DNA of 64,000 nucleotides, from IMG/VR virus record IMGVR_UViG_3300031772_000001, positions 32,001 to 96,000 of that record; one strand, written 5' to 3'. The stretch comes from a virus. This document shows, one piece after another, positions 40,507 through 50,738 of this stretch. The position numbers and the translations under genes were made by a program. The notes beneath the pieces are model-generated. The model worked only from the letters and a program-made list of their open reading frames with translations. It had not been told where the DNA came from and did not search any database. Within the stretch, counting starts at the first letter, position 1. Each line of letters starts with the position of its first letter.

Positions 40507-40649
40507 AGACTACAGTACCTTTCCAAGTTCTTCGGAATCCTTGATGTCCCTCCGTATCTGACTAATATGCCGCTTATCAGCCCACATATTCTTATAAGGT
40601 TTACATAAGGAGCATGACCTCTTCTTCTGCTTAGTTCTTTTTCTCATAG

Positions 40650-40901
40650 CTACACATTCACTTTTGACAATACCTGTTCCATCGTAGAAAGACTCTGGTT
40701 CAAAGAAGAAGTCAGAGTCTCAATCTCTACTTTCAACTGCTCGTAGGTAGTAATCCCGTACTCCTGCTGCAACTTTTGAAGAATTGCGGTCTTCTGCTCA
40801 TTCAACGCAGTCTGACGCGCTTGGAGCTTCTTCAAGTTGTCCTTGACAGCCTCCACCTTTGAACTAAGCAAATTGAACTTCTCAACTAACTGGTTTGCCA
40901 T
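40650..40901 (-). CDS. Small coiled-coil protein
   Basis: MANQLVEK..., heptad pattern. Confidence 0.65.
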   Translation of the reverse strand: MANQLVEKFNLLSSKVEAVKDNLKKLQARQTALNEQKTAILQKLQQEYGITTYEQLKVEIETLTSSLNQSLSTMEQVLSKVNV

Positions 40902-42159
40902 GTAGACCTTCCTTGTGTGAGTCAAATGACGTTTGGCATAGAGGGCACACCCCCACATCCTTCTTATACGATTCAAGATCGGAAATAGACAACCTCAAAA
41001 CCTTTTCATCTTTCACAACAGAATCACCAACACCCAACAAGGACAGTGTTAAATTACTTAGGTTAATCTCCTCTCCCAACAAAAAGACATACTTCTCAAC
41101 CAATCCCTTATCCGGTACGTTTGCCTTATGTAGAATATCAACACAATTGCCTTGCTCATCAAAACACGCCGCGAGCTGCATATCTGTGTTGTAAAGACCT
41201 ACTGCTATCTCCCGAAGTTTTTCTTCTTTATCAAGACTACTCCTATTTGGAATCTGTATAGAACTAACTATCTTCTCCCTCCCACTCACGGCAACATCAA
41301 CACCACACAACTCAGAATCAATTTTTGAAATTTCGGACTCAACACCAACCAACTTCTGACACTTTGAAACCTGTGATGGTACGTTTGAAAATGCTATCAA
41401 CGGAGTAACTACTTCATTATCCAAAAAAGATATTGACGTTGAAACCTGCTCCAACTGAGGAACAACAACATTATAACTCTGTTGAATCCCCAATAACCTC
41501 TCATAACGAACTTTCCACTTCCGTAAATTTACAAAATCATCTTGAATAGTAGAAATCTGTGCTAACACACCCTCACGCTGCTTCAACTGGATAAGAGAAT
41601 TTTGGTACGCTTGTATCTGACCTTCCAAGGAGACAAGATCAACTCGTATCGCCTTCGAGTCAACCGTCATCTGTTTGAGAACAGGTGTAAGTTTCTTGTC
41701 CTGCATCAACTGAGAAACAAAGTCGAAAATATACGAAGGAGCACGAAACACAAGAAAAGGCTCTTCCATCTGTCTCCAAATGAAAAGCCGTTCTTTATTA
41801 TCACGAATCACTATGTCCTTAATACCCGACTTCTCTAACTCATCCGGCGCGGTCTTGCCTGTCTTCTTGTACTCCACACCATCAATCACATATTCCGACC
41901 CGCCCTTCCTCCCCTTTGTCCATGTAAGATCCAAATCTTTTCTCTCATCATCCGCTGGAAACTGCATAGACACTTCACACTGGTCCATATCATAATTGAT
42001 AAAGTCACTGCCCTGATTAGAACATAAAGCAGACTCCACTGCACGAGTCAGTGCTGACTTACCGTGATTGGTAGAACCAACAATCATGGTAATACCATCC
42101 ACAGCAAGAGCAGCTTCTTTTATGATCTGAAAACCTTTGACACTTATTGCTATCATCAC
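40882..42159 (-). CDS. SbcC/Rad50 ABC-ATPase, N-terminal half with zinc hook
   Basis: KGFQ, GSTNHGKSAL.RA Walker A, Q-loop, coiled coil, CPLC. Confidence 0.85.
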   Translation of the reverse strand: MMIAISVKGFQIIKEAALAVDGITMIVGSTNHGKSALTRAVESALCSNQGSDFINYDMDQCEVSMQFPADDERKDLDLTWTKGRKGGSEYVIDGVEYKKTGKTAPDELEKSGIKDIVIRDNKERLFIWRQMEEPFLVFRAPSYIFDFVSQLMQDKKLTPVLKQMTVDSKAIRVDLVSLEGQIQAYQNSLIQLKQREGVLAQISTIQDDFVNLRKWKVRYERLLGIQQSYNVVVPQLEQVSTSISFLDNEVVTPLIAFSNVPSQVSKCQKLVGVESEISKIDSELCGVDVAVSGREKIVSSIQIPNRSSLDKEEKLREIAVGLYNTDMQLAACFDEQGNCVDILHKANVPDKGLVEKYVFLLGEEINLSNLTLSLLGVGDSVVKDEKVLRLSISDLESYKKDVGVCPLCQTSFDSHKEGLHGKPVS

Positions 42160-42698
42160 TATCTCCTGCTAAAGCTACGATCATCCCGGTGCTCATATCT
42201 ATCATCACGCCGACCATCACGATCATCACGCCGGTCATCCCTATCACCCCACTCACCCCTGCCTAAATCCCTACGAAATTCCCGGTCATCATTCCGAACA
42301 GGATAGTCCCCAAAACTATTCCCCCGCTTATTTACAAAAATAAGATAGGCTTTGCAGATAGCCAAAGTAGGGTCTTTTGATCTCGCCAAATGCTTATAAT
42401 AAATACCCCTCTTCTGGTAATCTTTTGGAAAAATCCGAAGCTCACACCAAAAATCATCATCTTCGTGACTCTTTGACAAACGAAACCAAGAAAAACCAGC
42501 TACTATGTACTCAAAACACAGCCCTATGTTAGACGAAAATGGTCTAGGTTCATCCCCCTCTTTTCTTTCATCAAAAGAATCCTCTATCATCTGGTCCATC
42601 TTCTCACCAGCCTCAAGATCATATATATCTTCACGAGTCAAATAACCCCCTCTAACATCTTCTCTATCATATCCTCGATCAAAAATCTTCTCACTCAT
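42159..42698 (-). CDS. Hypothetical protein with Arg/Asp-rich tail
   Basis: 179-aa ORF. Confidence 0.6.
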   Translation of the reverse strand: MSEKIFDRGYDREDVRGGYLTREDIYDLEAGEKMDQMIEDSFDERKEGDEPRPFSSNIGLCFEYIVAGFSWFRLSKSHEDDDFWCELRIFPKDYQKRGIYYKHLARSKDPTLAICKAYLIFVNKRGNSFGDYPVRNDDREFRRDLGRGEWGDRDDRRDDRDGRRDDRYEHRDDRSFSRR

Positions 42699-42729
42699 AG
42701 ATGCTGCTCCTTACTATAGTGTTGTAAAC

Positions 42730-43941
42730 TCAAAGTCTTTCTTTTGATTTCAAAAAATCTATCACCGCAATCTCGTTCTTAATAACCCACTCCTCTACCT
42801 GCCTCCGTCCTTGACAAGTCTCTTTCATACCATTCATGTCAATGTAGTAGTATGACTTATTCTGAGTCATCGCCCCCTCCTCCTGAAGAAGGAAGGTAAA
42901 GGCCCGAATATTAGAAATCCCCCTCCCAAAGAAAACTGATATGATTGTCTTCACAAAAGGCATAGTTACTTTGTTCTTTGGACACTCCGCAGTAATATCT
43001 GCTCCTATCTTCCTCTTTACACCACCGGACTCCTCTTCAATCCAACTTGCAAGAGACATATCCACCCGAATATCAGGGTAAAACTCTAAGGCAACACCTC
43101 CCGCTGCCTTAACAACAGAAGGACCAAAGAAGTTTATCTTGGTTCTTTTTTGATTCACAATGACAAGACTCGATCCGGCACGAGCAACAGCATCCTTATA
43201 CTTCATCAAAAATGAACTTGACATCCTTGAATGCCATCCCGGTTCAACCTCTTCAATTTTTAACTCCCCTGAAACAATTTTCTCAGAAAGTAAAGATGTA
43301 ACAGAATCCACCACAATAATATCTGGTATTCTATTACAATTCAAATACGAATCCATGATGTCTTCTGTATGTGCGAACGTACCAACCTTCAAAACAGTGA
43401 ATGACTTCTTATAATAAGGTTCCAACCCCACACCAAAAATCAAACTTTCATTAAGTGCCTTCTCAGCGTCCAAGTACAGAGCAACCCCGCCCATCTGACA
43501 AACCTTCAGACACCAACAAAGGACACAAGTAGTCTTTCCCAGACCTGAATCCGAGTGAAGCTCTATGATCCTACCTCTTGGTATCCCACCACCAAAAATA
43601 TAATTAAACCCAATTGATCCACTATCAATCATCTTGACTTCACTACTAATTGTAAATCTCTCTGCAAAATTCTGGCATAAAGTGTCGTAGTCTTTTGAAG
43701 ATTCCTTTGACGATCCCCTCTTACCAGACTTCCCTTTAATAGTAACAACAGGTGTAGCTGTTTCCATTTGCACCACAGAAGCAGTAGGGGCAGAAACTCC
43801 CGCACTCTCTGTCTGACTCATCAAAGGCTGAGGAGCTTCTGACTTCTCAATTACGGTTTCTGGAGTAATCAAAGGCTTCTCTCTTGGAGGAATACTTGCT
43901 ACAGCAGGAACACCATTCTTCTTTTTATCAAGATCAAGCAT
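42730..43941 (-). CDS. recA: RecA-family recombinase
   Basis: GGGIPRGRIIE, GLGKTT, DAEKAL, VVDSV, NQ.R, GG.ALEFY, KNKV..PF. Confidence 0.92.
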   Translation of the reverse strand: MLDLDKKKNGVPAVASIPPREKPLITPETVIEKSEAPQPLMSQTESAGVSAPTASVVQMETATPVVTIKGKSGKRGSSKESSKDYDTLCQNFAERFTISSEVKMIDSGSIGFNYIFGGGIPRGRIIELHSDSGLGKTTCVLCWCLKVCQMGGVALYLDAEKALNESLIFGVGLEPYYKKSFTVLKVGTFAHTEDIMDSYLNCNRIPDIIVVDSVTSLLSEKIVSGELKIEEVEPGWHSRMSSSFLMKYKDAVARAGSSLVIVNQKRTKINFFGPSVVKAAGGVALEFYPDIRVDMSLASWIEEESGGVKRKIGADITAECPKNKVTMPFVKTIISVFFGRGISNIRAFTFLLQEEGAMTQNKSYYYIDMNGMKETCQGRRQVEEWVIKNEIAVIDFLKSKERL

Positions 43942-43959
43942 CGAAAACTCCTCCTGTTA

Positions 43960-44601
43960 TCAGTTATCAATATACCTAACCATCAACCCGCGCATCTTCA
44001 AAGACTCACTATCCTTTAATACGGAAAACTTGTCCTCCCACTTCACAGAAAGATCCAACGGTATATTCAGCTTACGAACAAAATTATGGAAGGCCCACAA
44101 CACCAACAACAACGCATCCGCACAGTCACTCACAATCTTAATACTTCCATCTTTCGTAAAAGTTGAAAATTTCAACTTGTTCTCTTGTGACAGATAAACG
44201 ACATAATTCTTTATCTCGGTCTTTGTTGACTTCCTACCCATCAACATGTGAATCTTATTTGGATGAGCTAAAAGCAAGTCACAATTTCTAAGACCTTGAA
44301 TGATTATCATATAATCAAGAGCATACAACAATGGAGAACTTAGATTATACGGGACAGGATATTCCGAAACAAACAAAACCTCATGTGTTGAAAGCTGCTT
44401 ACTCTTCAAAAACTCCTCAATTGTCTTAGTCAGTAGGTCATAGATGTCACCCACCCTACCAAGCCATGCGTGAAATCGAAAATCCTTCTCCCCTTCTGAT
44501 TTGAATAGAAAGGTAGTAACTTCCAAAGTATCCACACTTAAAAAGGATAGACCCAACTTTGCGGGAGCCGGGTCTATCCCACACACATAGCGGTACTTCA
44601 C
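43960..44601 (-). CDS. RuvC-like Holliday junction resolvase
   Basis: GIDPA, VSE, K..I, DCADA. Confidence 0.7.
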   Translation of the reverse strand: MKYRYVCGIDPAPAKLGLSFLSVDTLEVTTFLFKSEGEKDFRFHAWLGRVGDIYDLLTKTIEEFLKSKQLSTHEVLFVSEYPVPYNLSSPLLYALDYMIIIQGLRNCDLLLAHPNKIHMLMGRKSTKTEIKNYVVYLSQENKLKFSTFTKDGSIKIVSDCADALLLVLWAFHNFVRKLNIPLDLSVKWEDKFSVLKDSESLKMRGLMVRYIDN

Positions 44602-44649
44602 AAAATTACCTCGATTTGTTTCAATCCACGTACTTTCTTAAAAGTACGA

Positions 44650-45816
44650 CTACCTCAGAAACGATTTTAGGTTCGTTCCCTGTGAAGGAATAGGCTGAGA
44701 AGCATCCGATTGTCCTGAAATAACTTTCATAAAAGATGCTTCGTTGAGAACACGAGCAATGACCGTAGGAAGCAACGCTCTCAAAGCAGGAATACCAGCT
44801 TGAGGATTGCCGTTCCACTTCTGCATTACCTGTTCTCCCAACTGAGGATACTGTCTCCACGTAGCGGGTCCAACATTCTGCATGTGCAAAGCCTGAAACT
44901 TCTGATCAGAACACGTCACAATGAAGTCCAATTGGTCAATAGGGATATTTGCATCAAGGGACTTCAGTGCCTTATACTCATCATCGGCTACTGACAAATA
45001 CATCACGTCAAACTTCGGTGAAATAATCTGCCCGGTCATGTCAGTATCATAAAGAACGATAGGGACGATATACCGGACAGACGGAATCCCGATCTGCTCA
45101 CAACACTTCCCCTGGAAACAGTAAAAATATCCAAAATCATCTAGCCAGTGAGTACGCACTACCCCGATATTACGATCAATCACAGATAGCCGATAGGTAG
45201 GCCCAACTGATGCCTTGAAACGATTGATTGGGTATCTCTGCACCTCAATTCCAAAACTTCCCCACATAAACCCCGACTGAGGAGGTGCTGAGACATTTGA
45301 CGCTGTAGGGTTTACCATCATCGGGGGCTGAAATTGCTGAGTAGGGTACTGCATCGGCTGAGATGCCTGTGGTGCAAACATCGTCTGCATTGCCTGAGAT
45401 ACCTGTGGTGCCTGCTGTGGAGCTTGCTGAGGCCCAAACATCTGCTGCATCGGTTGAGGTGCCTGCTGTGGTGCAAACATTGGCTGTGGTGCCTGCTGAG
45501 ATGCCTGCTGAGATGCAAAAATAGCAGGGTTGACAGGAGCAACTTGTATAGGTTGCATACCGGGAGTAGGAACTTCTGCTGATGCTGTATTAAGTGCAGT
45601 TGAAACACGTTTTGCTACATCAGGAGCTTCCACTACTGTCTCTGGAGTCAATATCTGTGATTGACTTATAGGGGCAATAGGGGCAGCAATAGGGGCAGCA
45701 ATAGGGGCAGCAACCGGAACAACTTGAGCGACTTGAGTAGGTTGAGCAGCAGGAACCTTACCACCCAAAATATCATCAAGACTCATCGTACCCATCCCCG
45801 GCTTACCATCCGACAT
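44650..45816 (-). CDS. Probable ssDNA-binding protein (gp32-like) with Pro/Gln-rich N-terminal extension
   Basis: HW...YFYC...CC, RYIVPIVLYDT; adjacent to recA and ruvC. Confidence 0.55.
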   Translation of the reverse strand: MSDGKPGMGTMSLDDILGGKVPAAQPTQVAQVVPVAAPIAAPIAAPIAPISQSQILTPETVVEAPDVAKRVSTALNTASAEVPTPGMQPIQVAPVNPAIFASQQASQQAPQPMFAPQQAPQPMQQMFGPQQAPQQAPQVSQAMQTMFAPQASQPMQYPTQQFQPPMMVNPTASNVSAPPQSGFMWGSFGIEVQRYPINRFKASVGPTYRLSVIDRNIGVVRTHWLDDFGYFYCFQGKCCEQIGIPSVRYIVPIVLYDTDMTGQIISPKFDVMYLSVADDEYKALKSLDANIPIDQLDFIVTCSDQKFQALHMQNVGPATWRQYPQLGEQVMQKWNGNPQAGIPALRALLPTVIARVLNEASFMKVISGQSDASQPIPSQGTNLKSFLR

Positions 45817-45862
45817 AGAAACCTCCACCTTTTAAGATAATATGAATTACATGATCGGCACA

Positions 45863-45897
45863 GTATATTATACGTTATCAAAGGCAAAAATCATCAG
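45863..45897 (-). promoter_or_regulatory. Second copy of the CTGATG-N12-GATAACGTATA promoter motif
   Basis: Same spacing as 26636-26670; contains TATAAT. Confidence 0.6.
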
Positions 45898-45929
45898 AAA
45901 AAAGCCCGTAGGGATCACTACGGGCTTTT
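45898..45929. terminator. Intrinsic terminator (possibly bidirectional)
   Basis: AAAAGCCCGTAG-GGATCA-CTACGGGCTTTT. Confidence 0.85.
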
Positions 45930-45955
45930 ATTGTAAGTGCGAACAGAAGAAAATG

Positions 45956-46555
45956 TTATTCCTCTGAAGGCTTCTGAATCACACCCTCTTCAATGAGCTT
46001 TGCAACATCGACGTTATTGATCTTTTGAATAAGCCACTTAAAATACCGAAATGACGGCTTCCAACGGAAATGCGGAATCTCACCAAGAGCCGCGTATTTG
46101 CTCACAGGCTTTGTGCTGATTCTACGCGGATGCCCCATCTTAATATAGAAACGCCCAATACCTGTCAAGGAAATCCTTCTTTTCTCACATGTAGCCGTGT
46201 GCATCACGATTGTATCAAAGGCTTCAGCAAAAAGATCATACGCCAACCCCTGGGAAAGTGGGGGCTGTCCCTCAGTAATAAGGACTTTCGACAAGTTGAC
46301 CTGAAGAAGTGCCTTAAACTTCTCAATCTCTTTGATATTAAGTACCAAAACCCTCTTTTTACGTCCACGTTTTTTTGGCAGTACAACAGGAGCATCAGCC
46401 GGGGCAACCACCTCTACCGGGGCAACCGGGGCAACCGGGGCAACCACCTCTACCGGGGCAACCGGGGCAACAGGGGCAACCGGGGCAACAGGGGCAACAG
46501 GGGCAACAGGGGCAATAGGGGCAACAACCGCAGCCGCCAAAGTCGAATCACTCAT
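45956..46555 (-). CDS. HU/IHF-like DNA-binding protein with (PVA)n extension
   Basis: AGGAGG RBS; I.L.GIGRF, P.FRWKPS; 9-bp tandem repeats. Confidence 0.65.
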   Translation of the reverse strand: MSDSTLAAAVVAPIAPVAPVAPVAPVAPVAPVAPVEVVAPVAPVAPVEVVAPADAPVVLPKKRGRKKRVLVLNIKEIEKFKALLQVNLSKVLITEGQPPLSQGLAYDLFAEAFDTIVMHTATCEKRRISLTGIGRFYIKMGHPRRISTKPVSKYAALGEIPHFRWKPSFRYFKWLIQKINNVDVAKLIEEGVIQKPSEE

Positions 46556-46660
46556 CTCAAACCTCCTAAAAAGTGAAGAGAAAACAGATAGGGCTGACCA
46601 TCTTACCAATACTACTAATACTACGCTAAACACACAGAAAAACAAAAGTAAACTTCTTAC

Positions 46661-46933
46661 CTATCCAACATCCTTTCGCACGTCCCTCCTCTCAACTGCC
46701 TCACTTACTTTAAGCACACGACCACTCAACAACTTCCCATTCATGTCAACTATAGCTTTCTTAACAAGGTCTTCACTTTCCATCTCAACAAAAGCATAAC
46801 CTTTAGATTTTCCTGTTTCTTTGTCCTTTACAATAAAAACCCCAATTACCTTCCCGCTAGTAGAAAAAGCCTCTACCAACTCTTCATCTGTTAGCTTAAA
46901 TGGAATATTACCTACATAAAGTCTCTTAGACAC
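46661..46933 (-). CDS. RRM RNA-binding protein
   Basis: RNP2 LYVGNI, RNP1 [15 protein letters not shown]. Confidence 0.93.
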   Translation of the reverse strand: MSKRLYVGNIPFKLTDEELVEAFSTSGKVIGVFIVKDKETGKSKGYAFVEMESEDLVKKAIVDMNGKLLSGRVLKVSEAVERRDVRKDVG

Positions 46934-46946
46934 AGATACTCCTTGG

Positions 46947-47465
46947 CTAATTGTCTATAAACTGAGCAGGTAGACGATCTGACTTGGGAGCGTCATACTT
47001 CAAAGTCTTCAAGGCCCAATGACACTTATCAAGCGTCTCCACCTTACTTCTCAGTATATTCTCTACATCCACTAGCCGAGATATGTAGAAGTTCACATCT
47101 TTTGCAAAACTCTTTACTGAACCTTCCCCACACTCCCGCTCCGTATTATGTAAGAAAACTCGCACTTGTATCTTCTTAGTTGCCAGTTCGTGCATCGCAT
47201 TAGCAACCTTTATCAATGCAGACTCATACTGTGCTACCAACTTAGCAACAAAACTCCAATTAAGAATACCGTTATTCACAATCTCATTTATTGTAGGAAA
47301 ATCATCAACTTTCACACAAGCTATACCAATAGGCCCGTTTTGTGGGTTATCATTCACAAGACCCATAGTGTACTCAGAAATCAACTTCAATAATCTTTCC
47401 TGAGAAGATAAATTGTAAGCTGAATTAGGATTAGTAACTGGAGACGGGGGCTGTGAAATATTCAT
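46947..47465 (-). CDS. Hypothetical helical protein
   Basis: 172-aa ORF. Confidence 0.6.
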   Translation of the reverse strand: MNISQPPSPVTNPNSAYNLSSQERLLKLISEYTMGLVNDNPQNGPIGIACVKVDDFPTINEIVNNGILNWSFVAKLVAQYESALIKVANAMHELATKKIQVRVFLHNTERECGEGSVKSFAKDVNFYISRLVDVENILRSKVETLDKCHWALKTLKYDAPKSDRLPAQFIDN

Positions 47466-47477
47466 ATAAAACCTTTC

Positions 47478-48179
47478 TTAAACAAGCCACTTCAGTCTTC
47501 CTTCTCTGTCTGCCTCTATAATCTCTTTTGCAGCCGTAAGGTAAGCAAACACTCCCCCTGCAAGCTCATTACCTCGCTGTGTAGCTGCTGGATGTGGTAC
47601 AGGGAAGACAAGAAGAGGTTTACCATAAAAACGGGCTTGATACACGTCACCAAATATCCGCATGATGGACATAAACTCGTAACCCATCGTCTGCTTCAAA
47701 GCATCCCCTCCAAGAAGGAAGAGATACTTCATATTTTTCAATCTAAGAAACTCTAAATATCGCCAGACAGAACACCATAGAAGTTCTACATCCGTAGGTG
47801 AACGATCCTTTTCTGTGTGACAAAGCAAGGCATTTGTTAGGTATATTTTTGATCTATCAACACCAAGAGTCTCAAGGTATCTCATAAACCATGCACCAGT
47901 AGTCGAAGACGGATGAAATGGTTTACAGTAAATATCCTCAGTAGATCCTGGATTTCTACCAACAAACACTGTATCTGCTGTAACATCCCCCTCAGACAAC
48001 ACAACATTTTTTGATTCTTTACGTGCATCACAAGACACACAATTTGACATCATAAATCGAAACTTCTGATAATCCATATCTGAAAACCGAGCAATAACAG
48101 ACTTATAATACCCTTGGTACTCCTGTCTCTCATACACCAGTTTATTAGTGTAAGGCTTGATGAAAACGCCGGAAGACAC
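47478..48179 (-). CDS. Uracil-DNA glycosylase family 4
   Basis: CxxC, FVGRNPG..ED...PF, YLTNA..C, LG, HPAA. Confidence 0.85.
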   Translation of the reverse strand: MSSGVFIKPYTNKLVYERQEYQGYYKSVIARFSDMDYQKFRFMMSNCVSCDARKESKNVVLSEGDVTADTVFVGRNPGSTEDIYCKPFHPSSTTGAWFMRYLETLGVDRSKIYLTNALLCHTEKDRSPTDVELLWCSVWRYLEFLRLKNMKYLFLLGGDALKQTMGYEFMSIMRIFGDVYQARFYGKPLLVFPVPHPAATQRGNELAGGVFAYLTAAKEIIEADREGRLKWLV

Positions 48180-48196
48180 GCATACTCCTAAGTAAA

Positions 48197-48271
48197 TTGC
48201 GGGAACTGGATTTGAACCAGTGATGCATGGTTATGAGCCATGTGTCTTAGACCGGGCTAGACGACCCCGCA
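48197..48271 (-). tRNA. tRNA-Met(CAT) (Met or Ile2 type unresolved)
   Basis: TGCGGGG acceptor; CATGG-CTCATAA-CCATG; GGTTCAAATCC. Confidence 0.9.
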
Positions 48272-48493
48272 TTATTTTCAAGGTACTTCTTCTTGTACCA
48301 CTCCAACCATTTCTGATATACCTTACCTTTCAAGTCAACATCAATAATCCCATCAAACTTTTCTGGGTCCAATCTAAACTCAAGCTGAAAATGCCTTATG
48401 CAAAAAGTCAAGCACCCTACACGAACCATAAACCTCTCAACATTATCACAACAAACACACTCGTTATTTACAAAAACAACAACCTTAGCCACA

Positions 48494-49240
48494 CTACCCC
48501 CTCAACGCCAACAAAAAATAAAGAACCCGACTATCCATCGGCACCTCATTCTTTATACGAATAACCTCACTCAAAACAACAGGAATACTTTCAGGCTTAA
48601 TTACATTCTCTAAAGAAGCCAATAATCGTAGATAATAGTCAGAAAATCTCTTGTCCTTCCTGTTATCCTTAGACTTAAACTTATATAACATTGTCAAGAC
48701 AGAGGAGAATATCTCATTAGCAGACAACCTCTTTCTAAGTAAGAAATATTCTGCTACCAACGCCTCCTTAGATTCTCGCAATGCCTCGAACAACTGGTAC
48801 ATCCGCTCTTGTTTTTCAAAAAGCTCGTGATACCACCTGCCTAAGACTATGGACATCTTGATAAAGAAAAAGAACTCCTGATCCGTGAAAATCTTCTTCT
48901 CTTTCCACTTCTGCTCCTGTCCCTCTTTCACCGGAGGACAAGCATACTTCTCAACAACCTTTGTCAACCGAAGTCTCTTTATCTCAGACACATATTTCGT
49001 AATACTATCTGAATTTTCAAACTTTCGGTCAACAATATGTGAATCATTCTTTGTTACTATCACATAATCAGTAAATCTATGCTGCATCTGCCTGTCAATC
49101 TCAACTATCTTATCCTTCGGCTGAACAAAATAAATAACTTTCCCACTCGCGCCACTCCACTCAACATCAGCTACCGTCTTGTACCCTGGGAACAAGAAGT
49201 ATAAAAGTTGAATAGTATCTTGATTAAAGTAGACCCTCAC
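48494..49240 (-). CDS. Hypothetical protein (possible clamp-loader accessory subunit)
   Basis: 248 aa in the replication module; no clear motif. Confidence 0.5.
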   Translation of the reverse strand: MRVYFNQDTIQLLYFLFPGYKTVADVEWSGASGKVIYFVQPKDKIVEIDRQMQHRFTDYVIVTKNDSHIVDRKFENSDSITKYVSEIKRLRLTKVVEKYACPPVKEGQEQKWKEKKIFTDQEFFFFIKMSIVLGRWYHELFEKQERMYQLFEALRESKEALVAEYFLLRKRLSANEIFSSVLTMLYKFKSKDNRKDKRFSDYYLRLLASLENVIKPESIPVVLSEVIRIKNEVPMDSRVLYFLLALRG

Positions 49241-49406
49241 AGTTACTCCATCCCTACTTCTTGATCCCCTATGTCCTCATAACAAACATCATCCTCGTAC
49301 TCATCTCCATTACTCTCCTCTTCCTCCTCCAAGTCATAAACAAACGCTTCCTCTTGCCAATAAAACTCCCGAAACTCGTGTGAAGATAGATCAGTAGTTT
49401 GTATTG

Positions 49407-49886
49407 TCATAAGTATATCTGCCTCATTTTATCTTTTGTTGGTAAATTAGTCCGGTCTATCGCTACATGTAAAGGGTAGTACGAAACTGCTAACCTTACC
49501 CAATCCGAATCTGTAACATTACCCTCCACAAAATCTTCACACACCAATTTGAAATTGTCTGCTTCTCTTTTCAAAATCACTGGTGTCTTCTTAACCGTCT
49601 TAAACCTTGACAGAAAGATAGGTGAGAAGTTATCCTCAGATGCAAGGCATATCAACGGGATCTTTGTTTCCTCTATAAATTTCAACAATTTTGAATAATA
49701 CCTTTGCAAAACTGACAAGTTAGAAAGAGCTACCGGACTGTTCAAAGAAATGCATGAATATTGCCTAATGAAATCAGATAAGTCCTCTTGTCCCGTAACT
49801 ATATTAATGTCAATCCCACAAGCAGCCAAGTTTTCGTGTAGGACCGCAAGATGGGATGATATTACTAGTGCAGGATACTCACTCAC
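49407..49886 (-). CDS. Degenerate clamp-loader small-subunit-like protein
   Basis: LLKFIEE and FLSRF resemble the LLK.LEE and sensor SRC motifs. Confidence 0.5.
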   Translation of the reverse strand: MSEYPALVISSHLAVLHENLAACGIDINIVTGQEDLSDFIRQYSCISLNSPVALSNLSVLQRYYSKLLKFIEETKIPLICLASEDNFSPIFLSRFKTVKKTPVILKREADNFKLVCEDFVEGNVTDSDWVRLAVSYYPLHVAIDRTNLPTKDKMRQIYL

Positions 49887-50302
49887 TGTAGTTCCTTACC
49901 GCGACGGTTTTTCAAGGCTATCTGACACAGCAGGTCAGCCCTCTCGTTATAAAATGAACCCGCGTGTCCCTTCTGCCACACCCACACAACCTTTTTATGC
50001 GGAATAACCAGCCTGTCAATTTCTTCCCAAAGATCAATATTTGCCCCTCTATTCCAACCCTCATTCATTGTATTAACAAGGTACTGACTATCGGAAAATA
50101 TCGTCACTACAGCAACACCGCGCTTCAACGCGCTCAATCCCTGAATTGCCGCCATCAACTCCATTCGATTATTTGTCGTGTGTTCTGACACATACCCTGA
50201 AATGTCTTTAGTCTTACCTTTACAAACAAAAACCGCAGCCCAAGACCCTGGCCCCGGATTACCTAGACACGCCCCATCGACGTAAATCTCCACATACTCC
50301 AC
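49883..50302 (-). CDS. rnhA: Ribonuclease HI
   Basis: YVDGACLGNPGPG, TNNRMEL, SDSQY, KGHAG..NERAD. Confidence 0.95.
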   Translation of the reverse strand: MEYVEIYVDGACLGNPGPGSWAAVFVCKGKTKDISGYVSEHTTNNRMELMAAIQGLSALKRGVAVVTIFSDSQYLVNTMNEGWNRGANIDLWEEIDRLVIPHKKVVWVWQKGHAGSFYNERADLLCQIALKNRRGKELQ

Positions 50303-50727
50303 TATGAATTTACTCCAACGTAGGGAAATGTATCAATAACCTCAATATAGTTCTTTTCCATCGAATGTGCCAAAAAAGCCGCAGTAACTTCCTTTTCAGC
50401 CGTACCCTGAATAACTCCGGGGGATACCCTATTGTATGCACAAAGTAAACATCCGTCTGTATCTACTGCCGTGTTACCCCCATGAGCACGTATACCATCA
50501 AATCCCGGAACATTCAGCAACAAAATCATCTGTCTTTGAAATCTATTTGAAAAGTTTACCACCACCTCATACCGTCCAGCCGGTATCGCTGTCTTACCGG
50601 GCACTTTCACAGCACCCTTTGGCCTGACCACATCTTCCAACATGTAACAAAATCTGGCATCGTTTACTACAAAAATCCCCTCTGTCCAAGAAGGATTATA
50701 CAGTTGACGCAAAAGATATGTCTGCAT
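50302..50727 (-). CDS. DUF5675-family protein
   Basis: T.G, LED, TAIPAGRY, VPGFDGIR.HGGN...T.GC.L. Confidence 0.85.
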   Translation of the reverse strand: MQTYLLRQLYNPSWTEGIFVVNDARFCYMLEDVVRPKGAVKVPGKTAIPAGRYEVVVNFSNRFQRQMILLLNVPGFDGIRAHGGNTAVDTDGCLLCAYNRVSPGVIQGTAEKEVTAAFLAHSMEKNYIEVIDTFPYVGVNS

Positions 50728-50738
50728 TTTCTCTCTCC

